A stretch of 64,000 nt of DNA, taken from IMG/VR virus record IMGVR_UViG_3300032334_001433, positions 138,666 to 202,665 of that record; one strand, given 5' to 3'. Positions 33,861 to 43,365 of this stretch are shown piece after piece (position 1 is the stretch's first letter; every line of letters starts with the position of its first letter). Made by a program: the position numbers and the translations under genes. A model generated the notes under the pieces. That model worked only from the letters and a program-made list of their open reading frames with translations, did no database searches and was not told where the DNA came from. This DNA comes from a virus (taxonomy: Duplodnaviria; Caudoviricetes).

Positions 33861-34955
33861 ATGAAACAATTCAAAGAACTTAGAGAATCCGCTGCAATCG
33901 TCGCAAAAACATTAGCAGAAGAATTAGAAATTCTCGAGGAAGCCGCAGGGTCTACTGCAGCACATATGGGCCCAGCATTTGAAACGAGTTTCATGCAACA
34001 CGCCCATCCAAATAAAGAACATCCTCCAAAATTTTCCAATGAGGAAAATATGTCTCCCGCGGAAGCACATACACATCATCACGGAAATCTAACACCGGAA
34101 CATAGTGCACATATTCATGCCGGTGCAGAACAAACTTATGCTGCAGTTCACAAACACTTAGAACAGCATCATGGCATAGGTAAAAATGAAACATTGCACG
34201 CAACTTGGACATCTAGACCAGGGCAACTATCAAAAGTATCGGGGCATGCTGGAGATAAAAATAATCCAGGCGACGCGTTATTAAGTACATCAAAAGGTAA
34301 GCATTTTGCTATTAGTTTGAAGGTAGGCGAAAAGCCTGGTTTAAGATCTCCTGGTCTTAAAGACTTAAACAAAATGGCAAAGATTCCCGAGCATCACGCC
34401 GCAGAATCTCAGCGTAATATTGATACACATAAAGAACATCTAGTTGCAATGACAAACAGAGGTTCTGGTAAAAGCAAATTAATTACTGGATCGAATCAAA
34501 ACGAACGCAATACTCAATTTAGGGCTTTAGAAAAAAGTCCTCAGCATGCGGATAGAGTTGCAAAAGTTAAAAAAGCTAGCTCGGATTTTAGATCTGGTTT
34601 AGCATCTCATTATGCAACACACTTTAATAATCTAAGCCATGAAGATAAAGCTCATGCAGTTAAGAGATTAATGAATGCAGAAGAGACTCCAACGCCGGTA
34701 ATCAAAGCACATTATGATACTAAGAAGAACAAGGTAAATATTTCAAGTCCGCACGAAGAATTTAATACAATGCATTCTAAAGTAAAGCATTATAACTTCT
34801 CAAGTAAGGGAACATATATGCACGTTCATGCTGAGGATCAAAGTGGTAAACAACATCATATTGCTAAGATCTCTTTTAAAGATAAAAGTTCTCCGATGAC
34901 AAATATTGTCGGTGCAGTATCACATGGTAAAGATTATGAAAAGTTGGCAAAATGA
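33861..34955 (+). CDS. His-rich putative internal head protein, possible PD-(D/E)xK-like nuclease fold
   Basis: CTS-like MKQFKELRE; PGDALL...ISLK; about 10% His. Confidence 0.55.
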   Translation: MKQFKELRESAAIVAKTLAEELEILEEAAGSTAAHMGPAFETSFMQHAHPNKEHPPKFSNEENMSPAEAHTHHHGNLTPEHSAHIHAGAEQTYAAVHKHLEQHHGIGKNETLHATWTSRPGQLSKVSGHAGDKNNPGDALLSTSKGKHFAISLKVGEKPGLRSPGLKDLNKMAKIPEHHAAESQRNIDTHKEHLVAMTNRGSGKSKLITGSNQNERNTQFRALEKSPQHADRVAKVKKASSDFRSGLASHYATHFNNLSHEDKAHAVKRLMNAEETPTPVIKAHYDTKKNKVNISSPHEEFNTMHSKVKHYNFSSKGTYMHVHAEDQSGKQHHIAKISFKDKSSPMTNIVGAVSHGKDYEKLAK

Positions 34956-36148
34956 TTTCCTTTTCATCATTCCTAAATGAATCTGCAAATGAGGAAAAAT
35001 TAACTCATTTAGAACACGCAGAAGACCATCCTATTAATGCAGGTGAAGAAGGTTTTAAACATTCATTCAACACTATGCATGAAACGCACAGAGCGTTACA
35101 AGGCAAGAAATCATCTGTATCTTTGTCAACAAAATATGATGGTTCTCCTTCAGTTGTTTTTGGACATCATCCAGAATCAGGTAGATTCTTTGTTGCATCT
35201 AAATCTGCATTCAATAAAAATCCAAAATTAAATTATACTGAATCGGACATACAAAAGCATCACGGCCATGCACCTGGGCTTGTGCATAAGTTAACCGCAG
35301 CATTGCATCATTTGCCAAAAGTTACTCCAAACCGAGGAGTGTTTCAGGGCGACATAATGCATTCAGGTGTAAAGAGTAAATCAAATCCACATGGAGATGT
35401 AGAATCTTCTGCAGGATCAGTACACTTTAAGCCAAACACTATAACTTATTCTGCAAAGAATAATACGCCAGAAGCAGCAAAAGCAAAAGAATCTAAAATA
35501 GGTGTTGCTGTTCATACTGCATATCATGGTAATAGTATGGAACATATGAAAGCACATTATAATGCAGATGTTTCGCATTTTAATAAGCATCCAGATGTCC
35601 ATGTAATTGATACTTCATTCAAACATTCTTCAGCACAATATACTCCTGAAGCACAGAAAGCTTTTGAAGGACATATGAAGAAGGCAGTTGAGGCACACAA
35701 TAAATTAAAAGATTATAGTCACCTTGAAGGCCAGCATGAAGCACATAAAGAGCATTTAAAAACCTATATTAATTCTACAGTTAGAGAAGGTAGTACTCCT
35801 ACAGTTGCAGGATATAGAGCCCACTTAAAAGGTAGATTGCAGAAAGAAGTTGATAAGGTTAAAACACCTAAAGCAAAAGAAGCAAAGACTGCAACTTTAA
35901 ACGCAGCAATGGCACATATAGATAAGCATGAGCCTGCATTTAAATCTACATTAGAAGTTCATAAACATTTACAAAATGCAAAGAATGTCTTGGTACATAC
36001 ACTTGCAGGATCACATTATGATTACCATCATTCTATTAACGGCAAAGCAACTAAACCTGAAGGACACGTTGCAGTAATAAACAACCGCCCAACAAAATTA
36101 GTAGATAGATCAGACTTTAGCAGAGAAAATTTTTCGAGGCAATCATGA
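34952..36148 (+). CDS. DUF6267-like His-rich protein with ligase-type KxDG motif
   Basis: MISFSSFLNE; THLEHAED, TKYDGSPSVVFG, FQGDIM. Confidence 0.65.
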   Translation: MISFSSFLNESANEEKLTHLEHAEDHPINAGEEGFKHSFNTMHETHRALQGKKSSVSLSTKYDGSPSVVFGHHPESGRFFVASKSAFNKNPKLNYTESDIQKHHGHAPGLVHKLTAALHHLPKVTPNRGVFQGDIMHSGVKSKSNPHGDVESSAGSVHFKPNTITYSAKNNTPEAAKAKESKIGVAVHTAYHGNSMEHMKAHYNADVSHFNKHPDVHVIDTSFKHSSAQYTPEAQKAFEGHMKKAVEAHNKLKDYSHLEGQHEAHKEHLKTYINSTVREGSTPTVAGYRAHLKGRLQKEVDKVKTPKAKEAKTATLNAAMAHIDKHEPAFKSTLEVHKHLQNAKNVLVHTLAGSHYDYHHSINGKATKPEGHVAVINNRPTKLVDRSDFSRENFSRQS

Positions 36149-36582
36149 AAAACTTTAAAGAATTCATAGACGAACAAGAAGTTTGGGATGAGCCAAATCC
36201 TAAGAAGTCACACGGACATATGACACCTGCACAAAAGGCAAATGCTAAAGCAAGAGCAAAGGCTGCTGGTAGACCATATCCTAATTTAGTAGACAATATG
36301 GCTGCGATGAAAGAGGACTGGCAAGATACAAAATACAAAAATCCTGAAGGCGGCTTAACTAAATCTGGAGTAATGGCATACAGAAGAGAACATCCTGGTA
36401 GCCATTTACAAACAGCAGTGACTACTAAACCGTCTAAATTAAAACCCGGAAGTAAAGCAGCAAATAGACGTAAATCATTTTGTGCTCGTATGAGTGGTAT
36501 GAAAGACAAATTAACTTCTGCTGAAACAGCGCATGATCCAAAGTCAAGAATCAATCTTGCTTTGAAGAAGTGGAATTGTTAA
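36145..36582 (+). CDS. DUF6321-like basic protein, putative internal head protein
   Basis: MKNFKEFIDE; GGLT..G...YR...PGS, RRKSFCARM, SRIN.AL.KW.C. Confidence 0.7.
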   Translation: MKNFKEFIDEQEVWDEPNPKKSHGHMTPAQKANAKARAKAAGRPYPNLVDNMAAMKEDWQDTKYKNPEGGLTKSGVMAYRREHPGSHLQTAVTTKPSKLKPGSKAANRRKSFCARMSGMKDKLTSAETAHDPKSRINLALKKWNC

Positions 36583-36637
36583 GACTCTTATTACCCAGGC
36601 TCATAGCGAATAATAACATCATGTCAATAGTTTGTCA

Positions 36638-37504
36638 ATGAAGAATATAAAAGAAAAGGAACTTTTGGTTAACTTTGCCCGATCAATGGGCCAGGCAGCA
36701 GATCCTGGTTTGGTTGAGGAAGTTGAACGAATTAAAAGCATAAAAGCTAGTGTCCGAAAGTCCGCAACTGAAAATATCTTCAAAGATTTAAGTGAAGCAT
36801 TTAAACAAGCTAAATTGGTTCCTGTTAGTGAACCAGAAATAATTAAAGAAACAGTAGCAATAGAATATCCTAAACCTCCGAGTTTAGATGATCTAATGTT
36901 ATTGCTAAATGAGAAGACGGAGACTGTAAATGAGTTGGTTCAGCCACAAGCCCCCGAAATACCCATCGCAGCAGCCTCCCCCTCCGCCCCCGAAGAAGTC
37001 GCCGAGGAAGAAACCAAAGCCGAAGAACCCGCAATCGTAGAGAAAACACTTGCTGATAGAACATCAGATTTTATTAGTAAATCTAAAGATAGCTACCAGC
37101 AACCCGATCCATTAATTGTTGCATCTGATATGGATGCTGTTACTAAGAAGTTAAGATTCTTAGAACAATGGATTAGTAAAATATCAATGGCAGGTCCTGG
37201 AGGCGGAGCAGGTGATTCTGTTTCGTTAACTAACTATACAACACTTGTAACAGATCCTACTTATGTAGTAAGAAGAAAAGATTATTACATAGGTGTTAAT
37301 TATGCAGGTGCAGTTAGAATCACTATGCCTACATTCGATGTAGTAGCTGGCAGGAAATTAATTATTAAAGATGAATCTGGGCATTGTTCTTCAAATCCAA
37401 TTACAGTGGATGGAACAGTTGATAATGATGCAGGCGGATTTATTCTCCAAATGGATAATGGTGCAATACAAATGATTTATAGAAATGGTTGGAGAATAAT
37501 ATGA
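36638..37504 (+). CDS. Hypothetical (structural?) protein
   Basis: Coiled/low-complexity N-terminus; DYYIGVN...IIKDESG C-terminal beta domain. Confidence 0.7.
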   Translation: MKNIKEKELLVNFARSMGQAADPGLVEEVERIKSIKASVRKSATENIFKDLSEAFKQAKLVPVSEPEIIKETVAIEYPKPPSLDDLMLLLNEKTETVNELVQPQAPEIPIAAASPSAPEEVAEEETKAEEPAIVEKTLADRTSDFISKSKDSYQQPDPLIVASDMDAVTKKLRFLEQWISKISMAGPGGGAGDSVSLTNYTTLVTDPTYVVRRKDYYIGVNYAGAVRITMPTFDVVAGRKLIIKDESGHCSSNPITVDGTVDNDAGGFILQMDNGAIQMIYRNGWRII

Positions 37505-38385
37505 CATATCTTTTTAATAGTAATACAAATGCAACCATCTCCAATGAAATTGAGATTAAGAATGATGTTGGTAATTCAATACCTGTTATTGCAACAGTAA
37601 AGAACGGAAACGCTGTAGTATCATTATTCAATCCTTTACCAGTCACACTTGGTAGCGGCAACATACAAATATTTGGAAATACTAATATAATTGATACTGT
37701 TACTGTTTCATCAACTCCTCAAAATCCAGTCCATGTACACTTGACGGAAATAGGTACTGCAAATTTGATGACAATGGATTATATGCGAGTAGCAGGTAAT
37801 GTTTATTTAAACAATAATTCATCCGTAGTATCCATATCAAATCCATTGCCAGTTACCATATCAAATATAGTTACTGTAATTGCAGAAGAAGCCGATGGAA
37901 ATCTATTTTCCATTAATAATCATTTAATCAATACAAATCGTGGATGGACGATGGATGATACTATGCGTCCAGTTATAAGTTTTCGCGTATCAAATGTTAG
38001 ATCAATATCTGAATTGACTAAAATTATAGAATATGAAATTGGTAATAATAATGCAAATCAAAGCACTATTATCTATGAATGGTATGAGGGAGAAATTAAT
38101 TTATCGGGTGCAGCTGTTTCTGCATGGACTTCTGTTGGAAATAAAACTCAGTATAGAATTTATCAAGACAAATATAGTAGTAATCAAGGTAATACTTTTA
38201 CACCAAACAGTTCAATTTTGAGACATTCTGGTATTATTATTGGAAAAAATACTTCTGGAGACGAAGGACCGGCAACAATGTATGGAGGGTCAACACCTAA
38301 TATGTTGACTCTTTGTATGCGTAGAGTTGATAATTCTACAAAACTTGATGTTTGGTTTGCATTTACTTTTAAAGAATTAATTTAA
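37501..38385 (+). CDS. Asn-rich putative structural protein
   Basis: SD GGAG; beta-rich composition. Confidence 0.6.
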   Translation: MTYLFNSNTNATISNEIEIKNDVGNSIPVIATVKNGNAVVSLFNPLPVTLGSGNIQIFGNTNIIDTVTVSSTPQNPVHVHLTEIGTANLMTMDYMRVAGNVYLNNNSSVVSISNPLPVTISNIVTVIAEEADGNLFSINNHLINTNRGWTMDDTMRPVISFRVSNVRSISELTKIIEYEIGNNNANQSTIIYEWYEGEINLSGAAVSAWTSVGNKTQYRIYQDKYSSNQGNTFTPNSSILRHSGIIIGKNTSGDEGPATMYGGSTPNMLTLCMRRVDNSTKLDVWFAFTFKELI

Positions 38386-38401
38386 CCAAACATTCTTATC
38401 T

Positions 38402-38409
38402 TATAAATA
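38402..38409 (+). promoter_or_regulatory. Late promoter TATAAATA
   Basis: Exact consensus. Confidence 0.75.
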
Positions 38410-38440
38410 AACAGTATCAACTATATTCTAATGGAAAACA

Positions 38441-40348
38441 ATGGACTTTAAAGAATTCATCACAGAAGCGCCAGAAAGAACGGCCGCTTTTGCCTTTGGG
38501 AGATTCAATCCTCCCACCGTAGGGCACGAAAAACTAATAAACAAAGTTAAAGATACCGCTAAGGAACATGGCGCAACTGCGCACATCGTCACATCGCATT
38601 CTGAAGGTTCTTCAAAAGATCCGTTACCTCAGAAAGCTAAAATTGGATATCTTAAAAAAGTATCGGGCAAAGGCCTTAAGGTTTCTGGTTCGTCTAAAGA
38701 AGCACCTAGTGTACTAGATGCAGCAACAAATCTACATAAACAAGGTTACAAACATTTGGTTATGGTAGCTGGTTCTGATCGTGTAGATGAGTATCACAAA
38801 CTATTACACAAATATAATAATGTACCAAGTAAACACGGGCATTATAACTTTAAATCAATTAAAGTAGTTTCTGCAGGACAAAGAGATCCTGATGCAGAAG
38901 GTGTAGAAGGTATGTCTGGCACAAAAATGCGAGCACATGCTAGAGCAGGTAATATGGACAAGTTTAAATCTGGTCTACCTGCAGCCCTGCATCCGCACGC
39001 TGAAGAAATTGCAAATCATATTAGATCAGTAAAAGAAGATTTTGAGAATCCGTATCGTCATGATTGGGGTACTCCTGAAGGAACTCTGTATATGCAGAAG
39101 ATGACTCCTGGCGAAGATAAAAAGATGTGTCCATCCGGGTCAGTTTGGAGCACAACTAAATCAAAATGCGTTCCAATTAGAGAAGCATACCATGCATCTG
39201 AAATATTCAATATTGGTACAGTTGTAGAATCTAAAACAGGTGATCTTGGAGAAATTGTTTATCGCGGTTCTTCTTATGTTACATTAGTATTAGAATCTGG
39301 AAATACTAAAAAATATTGGATTAATGATATACGCGAAAGCAATAAAGTATTGAAGATTAAAGAATTTGTTAGAAAATATGATGTTGTAGAGACTAAAGAT
39401 TTAAGAAGAATTCCTGCTTTATTAATGTCTAAAGAACAATTAGTTGAGAGAAATAATCAATCTATGGAAGTTGAGTATAATGGATATCATACTAAAAACC
39501 TTCATATGTGCGAAGGTGCATCTAAACAATTAAAAGATTTAATTGCAACATCTACGGCGAATTCAAAATACATATTACAAGCAATTCAAGCAACAGATAG
39601 TTATCTTGGCATAGAAAAAGAAGCAACTAAAACAGGATTTGCCGATGATAAGATGGTTCACGATTTTAATATGTACATGGCAATTGCCCATGATACCTTA
39701 AATATGCTTGGATACGGAGATGAGACATTGCTGTATATGAAAAAACACGTAGCAGAAATTGGCAAATTAAGCCTACACAAGGATGGTACTATGGCAAACG
39801 AAACAGGATCAACTGTTCCTGTATTTGGACAGGGAGATGTTGCGGAAGGCGTAAATGCTGCAAACTTTAGAATGGTTTCTAGAGCAGGCCCTGATGGTAA
39901 AGAAAAATGGGTTAAACAAAGAAATACCCCAATTATTAGAGACAAAAAGGTAGACCAAATGAACGATACAGATAAAGACGGAATTCCTAACGGTTCAGAA
40001 GGACAATTGCCGTCTACAAAGAAAGCACTTTCTTCACTAAGAAGATCGCTAGGAATCCCGGTTAAAGAAACCTATGTCCCAGATCCTCCAACAGCAACAA
40101 GAGATATTAATGCCTCTCCTAACAAAGAAGTTTATCATGGTATAGATATGCCAATTGCGGACCAGGGTTACCCGGATAAACCATTGGGATTGGCTTCATT
40201 CAAATCTTATTTGTCTACTCCACAAACAAAGAAAATTGAAGCAGATAAGAGCAAGGAAATGCAAGCAGTTCATAGAGACAAGGCAGAACTTGGCACATCT
40301 AGTACTGCATATAAACAAATGATTAAAGCTCACTCTCAGGATAATTAA
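38441..40348 (+). CDS. Cytidylyltransferase-like (HIGH-type) nucleotidyltransferase with long C-terminal extension
   Basis: MDFKEFITE; FGRFNPPTVGHEKL, VAGSDR, MSGTKMR. Confidence 0.8.
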   Translation: MDFKEFITEAPERTAAFAFGRFNPPTVGHEKLINKVKDTAKEHGATAHIVTSHSEGSSKDPLPQKAKIGYLKKVSGKGLKVSGSSKEAPSVLDAATNLHKQGYKHLVMVAGSDRVDEYHKLLHKYNNVPSKHGHYNFKSIKVVSAGQRDPDAEGVEGMSGTKMRAHARAGNMDKFKSGLPAALHPHAEEIANHIRSVKEDFENPYRHDWGTPEGTLYMQKMTPGEDKKMCPSGSVWSTTKSKCVPIREAYHASEIFNIGTVVESKTGDLGEIVYRGSSYVTLVLESGNTKKYWINDIRESNKVLKIKEFVRKYDVVETKDLRRIPALLMSKEQLVERNNQSMEVEYNGYHTKNLHMCEGASKQLKDLIATSTANSKYILQAIQATDSYLGIEKEATKTGFADDKMVHDFNMYMAIAHDTLNMLGYGDETLLYMKKHVAEIGKLSLHKDGTMANETGSTVPVFGQGDVAEGVNAANFRMVSRAGPDGKEKWVKQRNTPIIRDKKVDQMNDTDKDGIPNGSEGQLPSTKKALSSLRRSLGIPVKETYVPDPPTATRDINASPNKEVYHGIDMPIADQGYPDKPLGLASFKSYLSTPQTKKIEADKSKEMQAVHRDKAELGTSSTAYKQMIKAHSQDN

Positions 40349-40349
40349 A

Positions 40350-40787
40350 ATGAATGAAGAATTGGTCCAATCTCTCAATAAGGTATTAGGCAATACCTTT
40401 GTAATGTATTATAAGACACATAGTTATCATTGGAATATTACCGGTGCAGATTTCTATGAGTATCATACATTCTTGCAAAGCATATACGAAGAAGTATATG
40501 AAGCAATAGATACAACTGCAGAACATATTCGAGCATTGGATGCGTTTGCTCCTACATCGTTAATGAAATTGAAGAATTTTGCATCTGTTCCTGAAGATGA
40601 TACGGTTGTTCCTCCAATGCAAATGATAGCAAATTTAATAACTGCAAATGATATTGTTATCTTATCATTAATGCAAGGTTATAAGATTGCAGAAGCTGCC
40701 GGAGAAATTGGTGTATCTAATTTTCTACAGGATAGAGTTATAGCACATCAGAAACACGCTTGGATGCTTAAATCTACATTAAAATGA
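40350..40787 (+). CDS. dps: Dps (ferritin-like DNA protection protein)
   Basis: HSYHWNITG..F...H....Y.E....D..AE.IR. Confidence 0.9.
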   Translation: MNEELVQSLNKVLGNTFVMYYKTHSYHWNITGADFYEYHTFLQSIYEEVYEAIDTTAEHIRALDAFAPTSLMKLKNFASVPEDDTVVPPMQMIANLITANDIVILSLMQGYKIAEAAGEIGVSNFLQDRVIAHQKHAWMLKSTLK

Positions 40788-41239
40788 TTTCTTTTATTGA
40801 ATTCATAGACGAAGAACTTTCCGAAAGGGAAATGGACGAAATAGCAGACCGTTTAAAATGGGAAGATATTGCCGACCTATATTCGCCAGATGAATTCATA
40901 ATAGAAGAATTGGAAGAGTCGTTAACAGCTTCTTCTAGATTAAGAAAAGGCCAGCGCTTTAAGTCTAGAAAAACAGCTGTTGGTCAAGCTAGAAAGATGA
41001 AGTTAAAAAGAGCTTCTTCATTAGAAATATTAAAAAGAAGAGCAAATGCGGCAGCTCATAGAGTTTTACAGAAAAGAATATTGAGAAGTAGAAATAAAAA
41101 ACAATTATCTGCTCAACAAAAAGATGCATTGGAAAAACAAGTCAAGACAATGATGGCATCGCAAGGAAATTTGGCTCAGAAATTATTACCAAAAATAAGA
41201 GCTTTAGAACGATCTAGATTGTCTGTTAAGAAAAAGTAA
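40784..41239 (+). CDS. Acidic-N/basic-C putative internal head protein
   Basis: MISFIEFIDE, then Arg/Lys-rich body. Confidence 0.65.
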   Translation: MISFIEFIDEELSEREMDEIADRLKWEDIADLYSPDEFIIEELEESLTASSRLRKGQRFKSRKTAVGQARKMKLKRASSLEILKRRANAAAHRVLQKRILRSRNKKQLSAQQKDALEKQVKTMMASQGNLAQKLLPKIRALERSRLSVKKK

Positions 41240-41289
41240 CAGATTAATTTTAATAAATAATAAAAGAACAATTAATAAAGGAATCCAAA

Positions 41290-42726
41290 ATGCAAAGAAT
41301 CTCAAACGATTTATTTGAAGCAATCAGAGCTGTCACACACCCTGTTTTAACTGAAGCAAAACTTGACCCAGTTGGTAAAGAAGATGCAGATGTTGACAAC
41401 GATGGTAAAGTAGGTAAGTCGGACGACTATTTAAAGAATCGTCGCAAGGCAATTTCCGCTTCTATTAAAAAAGAAGAAGTTGAACAACAAAACGAAGCTA
41501 AATCAGAGTCCAAAAAAGATTTCCAGGCGCGTCAAGAAAGATTAGCTGCAGCTGCTGCTCAAACTGCAAAAGATCCAGCACGTTTAAAAAGAATGATGAA
41601 TATTCCTGGATACTCAGCGGCAATGGATTTAGCTAAAAAAACAACTACAAAAGAAGAAGTTGAACAAGCCGACGAAGCTGCTGCCTTTGATCCAATGAAA
41701 CATATTACTGATCCGCAAAAGAAAAAAGAACTTGCACCGTATGCTAAACTTGTAAAGCGTAGTAGCTATGCTGATCGTGCAGCAATGCTTAAGGCCGGCG
41801 GAGTTAAAGAAGAAGTTGAAGAATTAGATGAAGGTAAAATGGATCATATGTCGTTGTCGAGTTTATGGCATCAGCATGCTAGACATAATTATTCATCGGA
41901 TCAAGGCTATGGGCATGGTGAAGGTAGCATGAAGAATGGTGCTCATGCCGCCACAGCAATTGAAAATCATGTTCGTAAGCATTATGGAAATAAAGTTGCT
42001 GATGATATGGTATCACATTCAGATATGGCAACTGCTGATGCTGAATATGCCGGTCCAGCAGAATCCAAGAAAATTCAGAAAGAAGCTGGTCAATTAAGAG
42101 CGAAGCATAAGATTGAAGGTAGTCTTCACGGACACCATGCAATGCCCGTTGCCGAAAATACTCTTTCAGCAAAAGCTGGTCGTATGGGTGCAGACTTAGG
42201 CAAGCCAGGTAAAAATTTCTCAAAGATCTCTAAAGCAGCGGCAAAAAGATATGGTAGCGAGGCAGCTGGAGAACGTGTTGCTGGAGCAGTTCTAGCAAAA
42301 ATGAGAAAAGAAGAAGCTGATCTAGAAGAAAGTGTAGCAGAAACAATTGTTAAGCATAATGACTTTACAATTGAAATTACTGATAATCCTACATTCGGAG
42401 ATTTCCTAAGAGCAGTTCAATCTATTGTTAGAACAGACGAAGAAGCGGCCCAGGCAGAACTTATTTCAATTGCTGAGCAAGCATATAAAGAAAATAATGA
42501 TGATATTATTATTGAATCCTTCACAAGAATGGAAATTCAAGATAAGATCAATGCACATCGTAAAGCAGGCAATACTGTAAGCGATGATAAATATAGTACA
42601 AAAAGCGGACAACCTTATGCTGAATATGTCGTAACTGATGGTGACGGTGGCCGTAAGAAATACATACACCATGGTTCGGTACGTCGTTTGGAATCACTTC
42701 CACCGGCTAAAAAAGCTAAAGAATAA
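41290..42726 (+). CDS. Putative head core/internal protein with repeated Glu protease-site motifs
   Basis: DPVGKEDADVDNDG..DYL..RR; repeated KEEVE/LDE/LEE/IIE. Confidence 0.6.
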   Translation: MQRISNDLFEAIRAVTHPVLTEAKLDPVGKEDADVDNDGKVGKSDDYLKNRRKAISASIKKEEVEQQNEAKSESKKDFQARQERLAAAAAQTAKDPARLKRMMNIPGYSAAMDLAKKTTTKEEVEQADEAAAFDPMKHITDPQKKKELAPYAKLVKRSSYADRAAMLKAGGVKEEVEELDEGKMDHMSLSSLWHQHARHNYSSDQGYGHGEGSMKNGAHAATAIENHVRKHYGNKVADDMVSHSDMATADAEYAGPAESKKIQKEAGQLRAKHKIEGSLHGHHAMPVAENTLSAKAGRMGADLGKPGKNFSKISKAAAKRYGSEAAGERVAGAVLAKMRKEEADLEESVAETIVKHNDFTIEITDNPTFGDFLRAVQSIVRTDEEAAQAELISIAEQAYKENNDDIIIESFTRMEIQDKINAHRKAGNTVSDDKYSTKSGQPYAEYVVTDGDGGRKKYIHHGSVRRLESLPPAKKAKE

Positions 42727-42769
42727 TTTGCATAATTGCAATTATTAACAAACAAACAGGAGACTAAAA

Positions 42770-43315
42770 ATGTCAGCATGGGGAAAATTAGATAGATTAG
42801 AATTTGTTAGTGGTACATCATTTACTGCTAACTTAGGCAGCAATACCGTTGTGCTTTCAGCACCATATTTTACAGCAGCAAACGTAGATCCAGGCGATTC
42901 GTTAGTTCTTGGTAATGTAAATTACCGAGTAGGATACGTAGTTTCTTCAAATACGGTATACTTGGAAACAGGATATGAAAAAGCGAATACTGTAGGTAAT
43001 GTGCAAATTGCAGTTCAACAATCTCCAAAATGGTTAAATACTAAAGGTTGGGGAAATACTGCAGGCCGTTATGCTAATACAGTTAGCAAGCGCACTGTAT
43101 ATGGTTTTGACCGTGTAGAAGCAAACGTCGCAGGCAACAAAGCAAATGGCTTCCTAAGTCCAGGTTGGGTTGAGTATCACACATATACTACAACACAAGG
43201 TAGCTTACGTCGCAAAGTTAATACATTGGTTGCAATGTCTAAGAACTTTAATGCAAATGCTACCGGCACACTACAGACAGATGCTAACGATGATTCTATA
43301 ATGTCTGAATCCTAA
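42770..43315 (+). CDS. Putative virion structural protein
   Basis: MSAWG..D; GWV.Y.TYT..G..R.K...LVA pattern. Confidence 0.6.
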   Translation: MSAWGKLDRLEFVSGTSFTANLGSNTVVLSAPYFTAANVDPGDSLVLGNVNYRVGYVVSSNTVYLETGYEKANTVGNVQIAVQQSPKWLNTKGWGNTAGRYANTVSKRTVYGFDRVEANVAGNKANGFLSPGWVEYHTYTTTQGSLRRKVNTLVAMSKNFNANATGTLQTDANDDSIMSES

Positions 43316-43365
43316 AACACTTCTTGATTATGAGCACATTCAATTAGTAACCTTTTGGTGGTTTA

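Noticed and set aside
36621-36638. Pho-box-like TGTCA-N6-TGTCA repeat
   Set aside because: Overlaps the start codon, no correctly spaced + strand -10; better explained as the minus-strand -35.
42732-42745. ATAATTGCAATTAT palindrome
   Set aside because: Short and AT-rich, plausible by chance; no second copy noticed.
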